Below, one piece after another: positions 39,145 through 52,562 of a stretch of 64,000 nucleotides of DNA. The translations under genes and the position numbers were made by a program. Every line of letters begins with the position of its first letter. Positions within the stretch are counted from its first letter, which is position 1. Source of the stretch: Octopus vulgaris (Eukaryota); assembly GCA_951406725.2 (NCBI GenBank), contig OX597829.1, positions 22,258,001-22,322,000 on the forward strand, read 5' to 3'. Below the pieces are notes generated by a model, which was not told where the DNA came from, made no database searches, and saw only the letters and a program-made list of their open reading frames with translations.

Positions 39145-39428
39145 AGTGGCACGTAAAAAGCACCGTCTTGACTGGCGTCTGTGCTGGTGGCACGTAAAAA
39201 GTACCAACCAATCATGGCTGTTGCCAGCCTCCTCTGGCCCCTGTGCCGGTGGCACATAAAAAGCACCCACTACACTCATGGTGTGGTTGGTTTTACGAAG
39301 GGCATCCAGCTGTAGAAACACTGCCAGATCAGACTGGAGCCTGGTGCAACCTCCTGGCTTCCCAGAGCCCGGTCAAACTGTCCAACCCATGCTAGCATGG
39401 AAAACGTACGTTAAACGATGATGATGAT
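39145..39428 (+). mobile_element. Family 3 element (other + strand copies at about 10570-10790, 22650-22830, 23990-24324, 32525-32758, 43750-43940)
   Basis: GGCACGTAAAAAGCACC..GAAGGGCATCCAGCTGTAGAAAC..GTTAAACGATGATGATG. Confidence 0.8.
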
Positions 39429-42223
39429 ACACACACATATATACACAAGCACCTACATACATACACATGCTTCTCCAAATTATTATTGCTCCTTCAACAT
39501 ATCCTTTTTGCTCTCTCTTCACCACCAATAATTTTAGTTGGTTATATCAACCCATTTACTTTGTTTAATACTTATTCAATTGACCCCTATTCATCAAATT
39601 GCTGAGTCCACCTTGCAACAAAATGATACAAGGTAGTTTTGATCATCACAATGATTTATTACTCACTTCCCATGCACGCACACACACATGGTTGTGCTTC
39701 TACACAATCTTCTTAATTTCACTTATTTAGCTTTGGTCCAGCTGCACATAAAGTAGAAGAAATTTACTCATGGTACTGCTCTGTAGGATTGAACCATGGA
39801 ACTTACTTGTTTTTAAAATGGTCTTTAACTATGTGGCCATATCTACTCATAGGGATTTTCTTTATTCACTCCATCACTTGGAAGCTGTTCTTTTAATGTA
39901 GGTCTGTGTATTACTATTCATAGGAATGGGTTTATAGAAATTTAGGTGTCTTTATATCATTTATAGGAATGTGTTTTACACTTTCAGTGAGATTATTTCC
40001 CAAATCACATCAGAAATGAAACTTTCATCATACCTGTGTTTTGAGAAAAAAAAAAAACCAAGATCAAAACTTTTCTAAATGCTGCAATATGAAATTATTT
40101 GACATTTTTATCTTATTTAATAAGGTAAAATTGGCAACAGTAATTTGTACTAATTAGCAAGTAGGACTGAGAAAAATCATCTCCAGTTGTGGCACTGGTA
40201 TGAAATTCTTTGTACATTTTCTGATCTGAAGAACTAAACATGTGAGAAAAACGAAAATTAATTTGAAACTGTGATTAGATTATAAGGTCTTCTACAGAAA
40301 TGATATTTTCGTTTAACCTTTTAGCATTCAAACTGGCCATACCAAACCCAAATATTCTATCTGTTTTATGTTCAAACAGGCCAGATTTAGCCTCTCACAC
40401 TTACCCTATGCAATGTCAGTCTAAAAAATAAGCAATCACATCATCAAAATCTTGAAGATATGAGATAATACATAATTACTTCAAAATAAAGTGGATAAAT
40501 AAACATTAGATTTGACAGAGTAATCTGAATGCTAAAGGGTTTAAACTTTATAATGGAATCAATTTGGAAAAAAATTTTAATTTTCTAACTTCTGAATCAG
40601 CTGTTGAAAAGTAATCTAATAATGTTTTAGGGTAGACTGTAAGCCATATTTTAACTTCCTGTACACACTTCTTATCATTTTTAAGTGTGCATTTTCCATG
40701 CTGCCAGCTGCCATCACTGGTGCCAAAGCATTACAACTTGCTTTTCAAGCAATGAATTTTATACCACCAAGATTTCATATGACCCACTGAGTCATCACAC
40801 TCTATGTGTGACATAAATATCATGTCATTATCATCATCGCTAAGTGAATACTATCAGTGTGAACACATTTACTTATTCATATATATATATATATATATAA
40901 CAAAGTAGCTAGTTAGAAAATCTTTATAAGAGATGATAAGAGCAACTATACTGAGAAGTAATGTATTTTATTACCATATCAATATGGCTGTTCCATAGGA
41001 ATCGAAGTTACTACTGTTTTTAACCCCAGAAAGAACCTCCTCCAGCTAGTTATTGATGCAATCTGCACCCGATTTATATATTGCAAGCAGGCATTATAAA
41101 TATATATTCACTCATACACGCACACGTTTGTTTGTATGTATGTATATACACACACCACACAAAGACAGTTGCCCAAAGTGTCATACAGTGGGACTGAACC
41201 CAAAACTGCACAGCTGCAAACCACATCGCCATGCCCGCACCTCATGGAAGTGTCTGTGTGTGTTTGAGTAAACGACACACACATATGTAGAGCTTTAAAT
41301 TTAAAGAAATCAGAAACCACTTATGAAATAATATGCAAAATCTAAATTGTGTTAGAAAGTGTATTAAAATTTCTATACATTTTAAGATCAGCTTATACAC
41401 ACACACACACACACACACACATGCACACACACGAATGTGTATTTTCCATTATAATTTTGTTAAAACAGAAACACTGGGTAAACTAACTCATCTCTGTATT
41501 ACCAACATTGTTTTCATCATTTTCCTATACTTATGACATTATGCTTAAAATAAAAGTTTTTGTTTTGTTTTGTCTCTTTGTTTTTGTGTGTGTGTGTGTG
41601 TGTGCGTGCATGCACACGTGTGTATGTATGCGTTCGTTTTTATATCTCTATCTCCCTACCACTGCCACCGCTACCACCACCATAAATTCATTTGAAAAAA
41701 AAAATCTTGCATGGAAATGAAAATGTATTTGCAAAACAAGCCCCATATCCTTTGTTGTTGTTGTTATTGTTGTTGTTGTTGTTGTTGTAACTATTTGCTT
41801 AACAGTTAGTCATTTGTGAATATAAGTCACTAGTTGCCAGGTATGATGAACAACTTCTGTAGCTTTACAAATATTTTTGCTGGGACAGTAGTTTTTGTTT
41901 TTATGTAGTCATTTCATTTTGCCACTCCTTTCATTGTTCATTGCCAGCCTGTATGGTTTTCTTTGTACTTTTTAGAAATTCCTCTCTACAGAATTTGCCT
42001 TTATATACATATATATATATAATTTCCATATCGTGTTTTATACAATCTAACTGCGTTGTTGTAGTTGTTATAGTGTCTATTAATCTGTAGTTTTAGTCTC
42101 TGCTATAAATATGCCATTTACATTAATCTTCCTTTTTTTTTTTTTTTGCCTGTTTAAAAAGAAAAAAAAACCTATATCTTGAAAATTTACGCAAATTTTT
42201 TCAGTGGTTTGTTTATCTTACAG

Positions 42224-42250
42224 GTTTTCTGCTTGCAATTCAAAACATCT
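42224..42250 (+). CDS. Candidate 27-nt alternative microexon of OSBP (GFLLAIQNI, following Gly becomes Cys)
   Basis: tttgtttatcttacag|GTTTTCTGCTTGCAATTCAAAACATCT|gtatgt. Symmetric phase 1-1, no stop. Confidence 0.4.
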
Positions 42251-42714
42251 GTATGTGTGTGTGTGTGAATGAATGAGAGGTCTTGGATGAGAGTGCCAAA
42301 CTAATTATTTCTCATGGGTTATATAATTTGTAAGGATAATTTTATTTTCCAAATAACAAAAATATATATATATATATATATATATTACCGTGTTCCAGTA
42401 GAATTGTATTGGTGTCAAGGTGAACAACAAACTTTCTACTATTGCAAAATAAAACAGTAAATATAATGCTGTGTGTGTGTTTGTATTTTGGATGGTTGTT
42501 ATAACTCTACTGCATGTAACCTGTAATATACTATAGAAAAATAAAACAAAAGTCAGTATAATCGTGTGTGTGTGTGTGTTTTGAATGGCTAACATGACTC
42601 TTTTGCAATCTAATTGTCTCGGTTTCAACACATTCTTTCATATCAGATCACTTGACTAATACAAGTATAACACTAAAAGTCTGGTGTTGTCAAAAATAAC
42701 TTTGAAAAAAAAAA

Positions 42715-43042
42715 AACAAGATAAACAGAGAGGCAAACCTTCACCAAGGCAGAGGTGGTTTTTAAAAGGAGAAAGTCTGAAATAAATTCGACTCTTCTCA
42801 CAAATAAGAATACTAAAAATGAACCCGACTGCTCTCAAAAATTAAGTAAAAATAATCCAGAATCCTCATCCGGTACCAGATCGATCTCAAAATCTAATCA
42901 GTTCATGCCAGTTATGAGGCCAAACATCCCTGAAAGTTTCATCTGAATCCATCCAGTGGTTCTTGAGATATCTTGTTCATGGACAAACAAAGAAACACAA
43001 TTGAAAACAATACTTCTATCTTCGCTTAGGCGGAGGTAATAA
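42715..43042. mobile_element. HINE/DINE-1-type element, second copy
   Basis: Collinear similarity with 57415-57744. Confidence 0.62.
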
Positions 43043-44688
43043 ATAATTAAAAAAACATTCCTTTCTACTATAATAGTAGTTCTCAACCAGGGTCCATCCA
43101 TATAAGAGTTTGTTGTTAAAATCTATGTTACATTTCTACAATACACAAAATATTTAAAATTTTCTATACAATTCTCAATAATATTTAATTATGAAAAAAA
43201 AACTTTTTAAATAGCAGTAGAATCGACGTTACTACCATTTTTAACCCCAAGAGGAAACCTTCTTAAAAACGGTAGTAATGTTGGTTCATACAAAACAGCC
43301 ATATTGAAGTGACAACAAACATTACCTCTCCTCTGTATTGTTACTACTTGCATCTCTTATAGAGATTTTTCTAACTTGCTAATTTGCTTGTTACAGTAGA
43401 ACATTTTTTAAATACATTGAATTGTTAAGGGTGTCCAGTAGAGTAAAAGAGAAATCAGAGGAGTCCATAGGCAATAAGTGGTTGAAAATCATTTGTATTG
43501 TAATCATAAAGCCTGAAATTTCAAGAGAGAGGTGGGGTTTAGTCAATTACATCAGCACAGTGCTTGGTTAGTCCTTATTTAATCAACCCCAAGAGGACAA
43601 AAGACAAAGTCTACCTCAGTGAAATTTTAACACAGAATGTAAAGCTGGAAAAATAATCCTTTCTGCACAGGGCCAGAAATTATGGCAGAGGGGGGGTTAG
43701 TCAGTTACATCAAACCCCAAGTGCTCAACTGGTATTTATTTTATTTTAACGTGCTGGTGGCACATAAAAAGCACCCACTACACCCTTGGAGTGGTTGGCG
43801 TTAGGAAGGGCATCCAGCTGTAGAAACTCTTCCAGATCAGATTGGAGTCTGGTGCAGCCACCTGGTTCGCCAGTCCTCAGTCAAAATCGTCCAACCCATG
43901 CTAGCTTGGAAAGTGGACGTTAAACGATGATGATGGTGATGCGTATGATTTTGCTGTCGAGAAAGAAGCAACAAAATTGCTAAGTTTTACCCAGCAGGGT
44001 TAAGTTATAGACTTTGCTAAGTTTTTAGCCAGCAAAGTAACATAACACGAGAATTTGACCAAAGAGCAATCTCAACACAATTTCTCTAATTTTATTGATA
44101 TTTTTAATTGCAAGAAATGTTGATTAAACATTACTAATTTTTCCTGTTAGATCTTTAAAGGCCCTGCAGGAAACTGTGGAGAAGTTTCAGTGGTTTATTT
44201 ATCTTGCAGATCTTAATATTTACAGTTCAATGTGTATGTGTGTTTGTGTGTGTGATGAGGAATTCAATGCAATGTATTCACCACAGTTATGTAATTGCTA
44301 ACATCAGTACAAAAGGTAATTCATTCTTTCAGGGGTGAGTGGCGGGTGGGAGATAAAATAAAATAAATACCAGTTGAGCACTGGGGGTTGCTGTGACTGA
44401 CTAACCCCTTCTGCCGTAATTTCAGGCCCTGTGCAAAAAGGATTTTTTCCCAGCTTAACATTCTGAGTTACAATTCCACTGAGGTAGACTTTGTCTTTTG
44501 TGCATCAGGCTGCAGCCAAACTGCAGCAGTCTCCTTAATTTGTAAATACCCTCTGTCATGTTCATTGGCAGAATCCAACAGAAACATCGATTCCCTAGAT
44601 ATAGTGATAACACAAATGACAATAGGACATGAGGTACACCAAAAGACTGCAACAGTCACTGCATTTGTAAATTAAACAAATTAAACAT

Positions 44689-45094
44689 AGGCGCAGGAGT
44701 GGCTGTGTGGTAAGTAGCTTGCTAACCAACCACATGGTTCCGGGTTCAGTCCCACTGCGTGGCATCTTGGGCAAGTGTCTTCTGCTATAGCCCCGGGCCG
44801 ACCAATGCCTTGTGAGTGGATTTGGTAGACGGAAACTGAAAGAAGCCTGTCGTATATATGTATATATATATATAAGTGTGTGTGTATATGTTTGTGTGTC
44901 TGTGTTTGTCCCCCTAGCATTGCTTGACAACCGATGCTGGTGTGTTTTCATCCCCGTCACTTAGCGGTTCGGCAAAAGAGACCGATAGAATAAGTACTGG
45001 GCTTACAAAGAATAAGTCCCGGGGTCGATTTGCTCGACTAAAGGCGGAGCTCCAGCATGGTTGCAGTCAAATGACTGAAACAAGTAAAAGAGTA
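44689..45094 (+). mobile_element. SINE family 1 (CORE-like), well-preserved full-length copy
   Basis: A-box-like TGGCTGTGTGG, B-box-like GGTTCAGTCCC, CORE-like TTGGGCAAGT, internal (TA/TG)n. About ten related copies occur in the window. Confidence 0.88.
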
Positions 45095-45545
45095 TGCTAA
45101 ATACTAGAGACAATCATAAATATCTGCTGTGTTTGTTTTACATTGTTGCTATAAAAGAAGTAAAAGAAGTATCTGGTACACTTTAATTTTATTTTATGTA
45201 ATTTATGAATGCAATAATGGCTGAAATATTTGTGTGTTTGTATATATATATAAATTTGTGGAAAGAGGAACAGATATTTTAAATTCAATTGTGTTGTATT
45301 AAAAGTACAAATCTGACTGTTTTTTAAAAGACTTTTCACTTTTTTTTTATATTAGTTTTTTTATGTTGGATTTAAAACATTATTGTTACTAAATTCAAAT
45401 TGTTAATGAATTAATGAGTTTAAAAATAATGAAAAACAAAAGATCGTTAATGAAAAAGTTTAAATTTGAATATAGTGTGTGTGTGTGTGTATGTGCATAT
45501 ACATATACTCATATATTTGTACATATTAATGCACGTTTGTGAGTT

Positions 45546-45547
<2 letters not shown>

Positions 45548-45592
<45 letters not shown>

Positions 45593-45593
45593 G

Positions 45594-45649
<56 letters not shown>

Positions 45650-45750
45650 TATGTATATGTATATATATGTGTATATGTATATATATGTATGTATATGTAT
45701 ATATATGTATGTATATGTATATATATGTATATATATGTATATATATATAC
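45548..45750. repeat. (TA)n/(TATG)n compound microsatellite
   Basis: Direct inspection. It is the source of the YIYI ORFs in the track. Confidence 0.97.
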
Positions 45751-46537
45751 ACACATATACATAAATACACACACAAACATGCATTATGTACAAATATATG
45801 AGTGTATATGCACACACATACTCATGCACATGTCTGTGTGTGAATAAATTAGATACTGCATGTTTCAAAGTTATATACTGTTCAACAGGATATATCTGCA
45901 GACTTTTAATGAACACTACATATGTATGTATGCGTGTGTGTATATATATGTGTATGTGTATTTACATATATTGATGCGTGTGTGTGTATATACACATACA
46001 TATATGCATATGTATGTATATATGTATGTTCATATATGTGCATGTATATATTTGCACACACACACACACAGATGTAAATACCTTGACTATATGTACATCT
46101 TTGTTGAAACCAAGAGAGTGGGGGTGGGAAAGATCAACGGGTATTATTTCAGTTGTTTGTTGGAATTCCAAGGACTAATTACTCTGTTTAAGTGTTCGCA
46201 AAGACATCTTATACAATTAATTCAGGCCTTAAATAAATGCTTCTGCTTTTAATGAAGATGGATAAATAGTGAGGGTGGGGGAATAACTGATCCCTTTTTC
46301 ACTATTTGTTATCTTTATTCATATAATTCAGTTAGCAGAAACCAAACTCTCAATTTCGACAAGGTATAAAATACAGAGACAAAAGCCAAGTTGCCTGTTG
46401 TTTGATTTTTATTTCTAATCAGTCATTTACAAAATAATTGTATGTTTTTTTTATATTTTCTTAATTTATTACAAATCGTATTAATCTTTGTCTCTTTTTT
46501 TTTTTTTTTTTTTTTGTTCGCTCTTTTGCTTTTTCAG

Positions 46538-46716
46538 GTCGAGAATATGTTGGTTATGAACCAATTTGGTTTAAAAAAGAAACTGACAAGATAACCGGTA
46601 ACCTGATCCACATGTATAAAGGAAATTATTGGGAATATAAAGATAAACAAGATTGGTCTATGTGTCCAGACATTTATTTGTCCTCAGAGGAGTTGGCAGC
46701 ATTTAAAATCTCTTAA
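46538..46716 (+). CDS. OSBP: OSBP terminal coding exon (GREYVGYEPIWFKKETDKITGNLIHMYKGNYWEYKDKQDWSMCPDIYLSSEELAAFKIS*)
   Basis: Long poly-U tract then ttcag at 46536-37. Conserved WF, Y-G-YW and CPDI motifs. Stop TAA at 46714-16. Confidence 0.94.
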
Positions 46717-47187
46717 ATTTTTAGAGTGACCACTACAAACTGCCCGATCAAACATTTGTGTCTAACAAAGATGACTTCTATTAAAGCTATTATAGAAGGA
46801 GTGAATGAGAAGGAAGCGTCATGGCTGAGTGAATGGACTAAATAAAACAATAATTAATATAACATTAATAATATTTTTTCTGGTACCCTCCCCTTCCTCC
46901 TACTTTTTTTGTTCGACAATAATTTTGGTGACTAAAACAGCGATATAGAGAACAAATACTCAGATGTATACAGTTTCTTCAAGCAAAAAACATTGGGCAG
47001 GTTTTTTTTTTCTTTTCTTTCTTTTTCTTTTTTTTTTTTTTTTTCTCTTTTCTCTCTCTTCTTTGCCATACCCCCCTTTACTGACTTGTTAAAATTACCA
47101 GAGCTGTTAAAAAAGGTCCTGAAATGTAAAAACCTTAATAATTTTTTACCCTCCTAATTATTTTGTTAAGATTGAATCCTTTCAAAA

Positions 47188-47218
<31 letters not shown>

Positions 47219-47664
47219 ATAATAATTATTATTATTTTTTATTTTATTTTATTCTTCCCTTTTGTGTTTGGGAGGTCTTTTTTTTTTAGCCTACAACTGT
47301 GACAAGAAAAATCCAAACCTGATATTTTTACTGCAAACAAAATATAGGAATGTTTTTAACAAAGCATAACAAAAAAAAAAAACAAAAAAAAACATTTGCT
47401 ATTTATAAGGATTCCTTTTAATCTCTGTCCTACATCTACAATACTCACATAATTCTTAACATTTATCAAGATAATCCTATTATATAGTAAGTTGTTTCAT
47501 TTCAACAAACATCCACCTACATACATACGCACATGCATGTACACACACACACACATACACGCACGCACACACAAAGTTCTATGTGGCATGGAACATGATG
47601 CTGTTTTAAATTCCAAATGAGAAAATATCTACAAAATAATTGGTAACAAAAGAATTACATCTAG

Positions 47665-47708
<44 letters not shown>

Positions 47709-48170
47709 GTATGTGTGCATATGTTGGTGTTTGTGTGTGTGCACGTGAGGATTGTGTGTGTGTATGTATATATCAGAAACAGTCGGGATTTTTCTTTCTC
47801 TTGCCCTCCTTCTATTGATCACCTTTCAGTTACTAAATCAACCTGTGATATGTGAGTATAGCTTTGTTTTTGCTGCTACTAAATTTGTTGAGCATGCCTG
47901 ACATACACAAATTGAACACTTCAAACAACCTAAGGAATGTAGTGTGTGCATGTGTGTGTGAAAGAGAGATAGAGAGTCAGAGACAGGGTAGGGGAGGCTG
48001 GTCAGTGTTGTTGTAATGAAAGGTTAAACTAGACTGAAACCTAATTAATATTTCAGTAAGACTAACAGCTGATTTACCCAATCTCTTTGATCTGTGACAC
48101 TAAAATAACCTTTTGGAAATGTGAAGCTGAGAATGGTCGGATCTTATCGGAGGATCAGTAGGAAATTAAT

Positions 48171-48257
48171 TGATGAGTGATTCATCATTAGACAAAAACC
48201 ACCATTAACAATGATTTGTGATGAGTGATTCATCATTAGACAAAGACCACCATTAAC
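48171..48257 (+). repeat. Direct repeat with 48-bp period in the putative 3' UTR
   Basis: TGATGAGTGATTCATCATTAGACAAA(A/G)ACCACCATTAAC at 48171 and 48219. Confidence 0.9.
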
Positions 48258-49599
48258 GGGGTAACAATTCTTGGTGCCACCTGTTGCCAAACTCAGTGCC
48301 AAACATTTTACTTGCATTACTTTGGATTTCATTTAAATAACTGGACAGTGTCAGACTATTTCTATGCAACCAGTTACAAATGTGTAATCTGAAGAGGCTT
48401 TGGTGTTATCACAACAAAATGATATGGAAATAACCGTTTCTCTTTTTTAAAGAAACAGTTCTTGCCAATTTCTAAGATGGTTGTGTGTGTGTGTGTGTGC
48501 GCGCATGTGTGCAAGCGAGCGTGTGTGTGTGTGTGTTTTATTCGATGGATTTCACCCCCTCCTTGTTGATCACTGTTCAAACCTCTTAGCCATTATTCTT
48601 CAGAGCCATATTCAGTCAAAGTTGGAAGTGTTTAAAACTCTGGAAGAAAGAGAGAGACAACAGCTGCAGCAAATGTTATGTATACTTACTAATACTAGAA
48701 TCACTTATACAAAAATGTTTGGAATAAGAATTCGCAAATAAATAAAAAAAAAAAAAAATCCCCAATTATTTCATTCTTTTTTTTATTTAAGTTTTTGTTG
48801 TTGTTTTTTTTTTTTGCTTTTCCTTTTTTTTTTTTTTAAGAGTTAAATTACACAGGATTGAAATAAAGATTTTTATTTTTCTGCTGTTTTCAAATCCCAT
48901 ATTAATTTCATTCTGGATCTTTCTATTAACTTAATAAATGTAATTCTATGCAATTGAGACTTCTAGTAAAAGTTTGTTGCTTTGTAAAAAGAAAACAAAA
49001 GAGATTGCAAAAGTAATGAACTTTGTGTTTATAAGTTGCACATTTCATGAAAATCATTTTCTGTGAAAACTGTCCAAAAGATAGCTCATTTGCGGTTTTT
49101 GATGTTATTTCCCTTGTTTTAGTTCTGAGCTCTTGAGAGTTACTTCCCTTGTTTAACGAAAAAAAAAAGTGGAAGACATTGAGACCGACTAAGTTTTTGC
49201 GAAAACCCCTCTACGCCTTTTTTTTTTTTTTTTTTTTTTCCTCCTGCGACATCAATCTTATTTCATAATTATATAAATTCAGACGTACATTGAAGCGGCT
49301 TAAAGATACTTCTTAATGTCTGAGTTTAAGTCCACCCTGTGATTAAAATCTTCCTGTACATAAAAGTATCAAAATAGCATACGATAATATTAGCAACATC
49401 GTTTTTCTATTAAATATGTCAAAATCACGTGTTATATTTGCCAAAATCAATACCAGAATAGTTTGTGTAGCGAAGAGTACTAAATTAAAGCTAACTAATT
49501 AGAAATAAAATACTCCTTGAGATTCTTTCATCAGAAACTGCTCCTCCCTTGATATTTTTGTGGCTTTCTTTTTTTCCTTCAGTCACCTAGTATTCTCTC

Positions 49600-49641
<42 letters not shown>

Positions 49642-51428
49642 TACATACTTGTAATGTATGTATATGCACTTGCGCACACAGTGCTGAGGTCAAATGATTG
49701 CCAGTTGTACAAAATATGTTGAAGTACCCAGTTGCACTTCTAAACGTTCAGAGTTCAAATCCAGCCGAAGTTGACTTTGTTTTTCATCCATTCATGGTTA
49801 ATGAAAGGCAAAGTGCCAAGGGGAATGATCTAATCGACTGTATTTCTCCCTAAAGTACCCAGTCATGTACTTGGGTATTGATATATCTTCCTCAAACATA
49901 TGGCATTGTACCAGTCATGTATTGGGCAATGAGTCTAATTGATTATATCTCTCACTATTATATACCATTCCACTTAGGTTAGAAACCATTATTATTATTA
50001 TTTGTCTTTGACCTTGGTTTATAGCATCATTCCACTGATTTGTTTTAATTTCTGGAATGGAATGGTCAAATTAAGAGAGTTCTTGTTTAATGAAGAATAT
50101 AAGCCAATAAATTATATATACACCTGCTGTAAATTTTTAACATTGAAACCATTCTTGATATTTTAGTTGTTAAAAGAAATATTCTAAAGAATGGTCGTTA
50201 AACTATTGCAGAATGCAAATACTTTCTGAGAAAGTTGTGAGGATTTTTTTTTCTTTTTTTTTTTTTTTTTTTTTAATTAAATTTGAAATAGTAAGTTATT
50301 TCAATGATTTGCAATTTCATCTGTCAGCATAACAATTCTTCACATATATACACTCTTAAGCATATATATACACATACATGTTATGCAGGTAGATATACAT
50401 ACATATATTCACATATGCACATATTTACTTAAACAGGCAAATGATATTAGCAGTTTCATTAACTGACTGTTCTACAAATGATCATACAAACATACATAGG
50501 CAATAACACACTCACATGCTAAACATGCATACACACACACACACACACACATTCATGTTCCCTTTACTTTCTTCTCATTAACTTTAATTTTAAAATGCTT
50601 TTTAAATAAATGAAAAAAAAAGCATTCTATCCTAATATGTAAAGCTTGATATTTTCATTCAGTCATCAAGCATTATCATTATTATTATTATGGCAGTGAG
50701 CTGGCAGAATCATTAGCACTCTCGGCTAAATGCTTTAGTATTTCACTCAACGCTACATTCTGAGTTCAAATTCCGCCGAGGTCAACTTTGCCTTTCTTCC
50801 TTTCGGGGTCAGTATAATAAGTACCAGTTGAACACTGAAGTCAATGTAATCAACTCATCCCTTCACCCCAAAATTGCTGCTCTTGTGGCAAAATTTGAAA
50901 TGATTATTATTATTATTATTATCATCTTATTAATTTTTGATAATTTATGTTTAGCTAATGAAATTGCAAAGTTTGCAAACACGAAGTTTTGAAAGAATTG
51001 GTCTCAGGTAACTACTTCTGCTGACCTCCGAACTTCCTTTTGTAACTGTTTCTTTGTCCTTGTTTTCATAGCCAGCATTTGTAACATCATTTGAAAATGA
51101 AATATTAAATCAAAAAAGATGAATTTTGATTCAGGTCAACAATTATTTTACTACTTTAGATTAATAATTAGGAAGGAAAAAAAAAATCGGATAATGGGAG
51201 TTTCATTAAAACATATTTGAATGAAGGGACAGTTATGAAAGAATAATGAAAAGTTGGTTGATACTGAATTGTATTTGAGAATAATGTAGCAAAGTAGTTA
51301 AAACTCTTCAACAGCTTAGATGATATATATATATATATAATATATATGTGCTAGTCTGCTAGTGAAGGCTTTTTCCAACATTTCCCCACTCCCTACACAT
51401 CTATTGATCATTTTGTTATATACATATT

Positions 51429-51703
51429 CAGTGGCGGACTGGGTCTAAAATATTGGTTGCCAGAAGATTAAGGGGGCCCACCCGCAACTACAATGCTACC
51501 CCCCTCCCTTTTTTTTTTCTTTTCTTTTTTTTTTTTGTTAAAAGTATTCTTTTCAACTGTCTACAAACACAGTCTGTCTGAAATAATGCATTCTTCCAGA
51601 AGTGAATAAGATATTCTCAAACTTGAGGGGATGGGCCCCCATATATAGATTCTAATGGCGCAGAGCCCACTTGCCATAGGGCAACCTGGCCAGTCCACCT
51701 CTG
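51429..51703. mobile_element. hAT-like MITE
   Basis: TIRs CAGTGGCGGACTGG / CCAGTCCACCTCTG (12/14). 8-bp TSD TACATATT / TACATATA. Confidence 0.78.
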
Positions 51704-51706
51704 TAC

Positions 51707-51739
<33 letters not shown>

Positions 51740-52516
51740 CGCACACACTCACACACATGTACATGTAGGCTTTGGCTTTACTTAAATTTTAAAATATGAC
51801 TATATTAATTATAGTTGTTTTTGTTTTTTTTTATTAAAGTAATTCTGCTACTCTGAGCATAGGATGTACACACAACCACCATTATGGAAGTTGGATTAAT
51901 TCATCATGTATACATATATATATATGTGTGTATAGTCCATTAATATCAAAACAGTCTGTATATGTGGGTGTGTGTAGGCATGCATGGCTATGTGTCTCTG
52001 CATGCATGCATGTGTGTGTGAGTGTGTGTGTGTCTTAGTATATATATATATATATATGTGTATTCATATTTGATAAATCATTTCTATATACTTAGGAATG
52101 GCTTGGATTGTAATGCCTTGCGGACATTAGAAAATAAATAAATTAATAAAAGAAAAAAAAAAAGCTATGTAACATATATTATAAAAGATTGGATAAAGTG
52201 TCTGGAGACTTGGAGAGTTTCAACAGTGTGAAATATTGCTGAATAATGTATCAATATGTAATAATTTAAGTGATGTTTTTATAGCTATTAATTGCATTCT
52301 CTCTGAACTGGATACAAGACTTTGAGGTAAATATGGAAACTGTTTGAAATAAAAATAACCTTTAATCTTTTCTAACAACTGAATTTGTTGCAATTTTATT
52401 GAAATTTCTTCTTCACTACAAGAGGTACATGTTTAGATCTTTGAAAAAAAAAAACCAAAAAAAAACTTCTAACCAAATAGAATATTTAGTGTAGCTTTAA
52501 AATTTCAGAATTTCTT

Positions 52517-52562
<46 letters not shown>

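Larger units (their letters stand above)
46717..52360 (+). other. Putative long OSBP 3' UTR with several candidate poly(A) signals
   Basis: U/A-rich and relatively SINE-poor stretch after the stop. AATAAA at 46841, 48862, 52348 and elsewhere. The true end cannot be determined from sequence alone. Confidence 0.35.

Noticed and set aside
45447-46252. Many overlapping 60-130 aa ORFs rich in Y/I/C/V (also at 6558, 23577, 34469 and the ER repeats at 30562)
   Set aside because: They are translations of (TA)n, (TG)n and (CT)n microsatellites and have no protein features.
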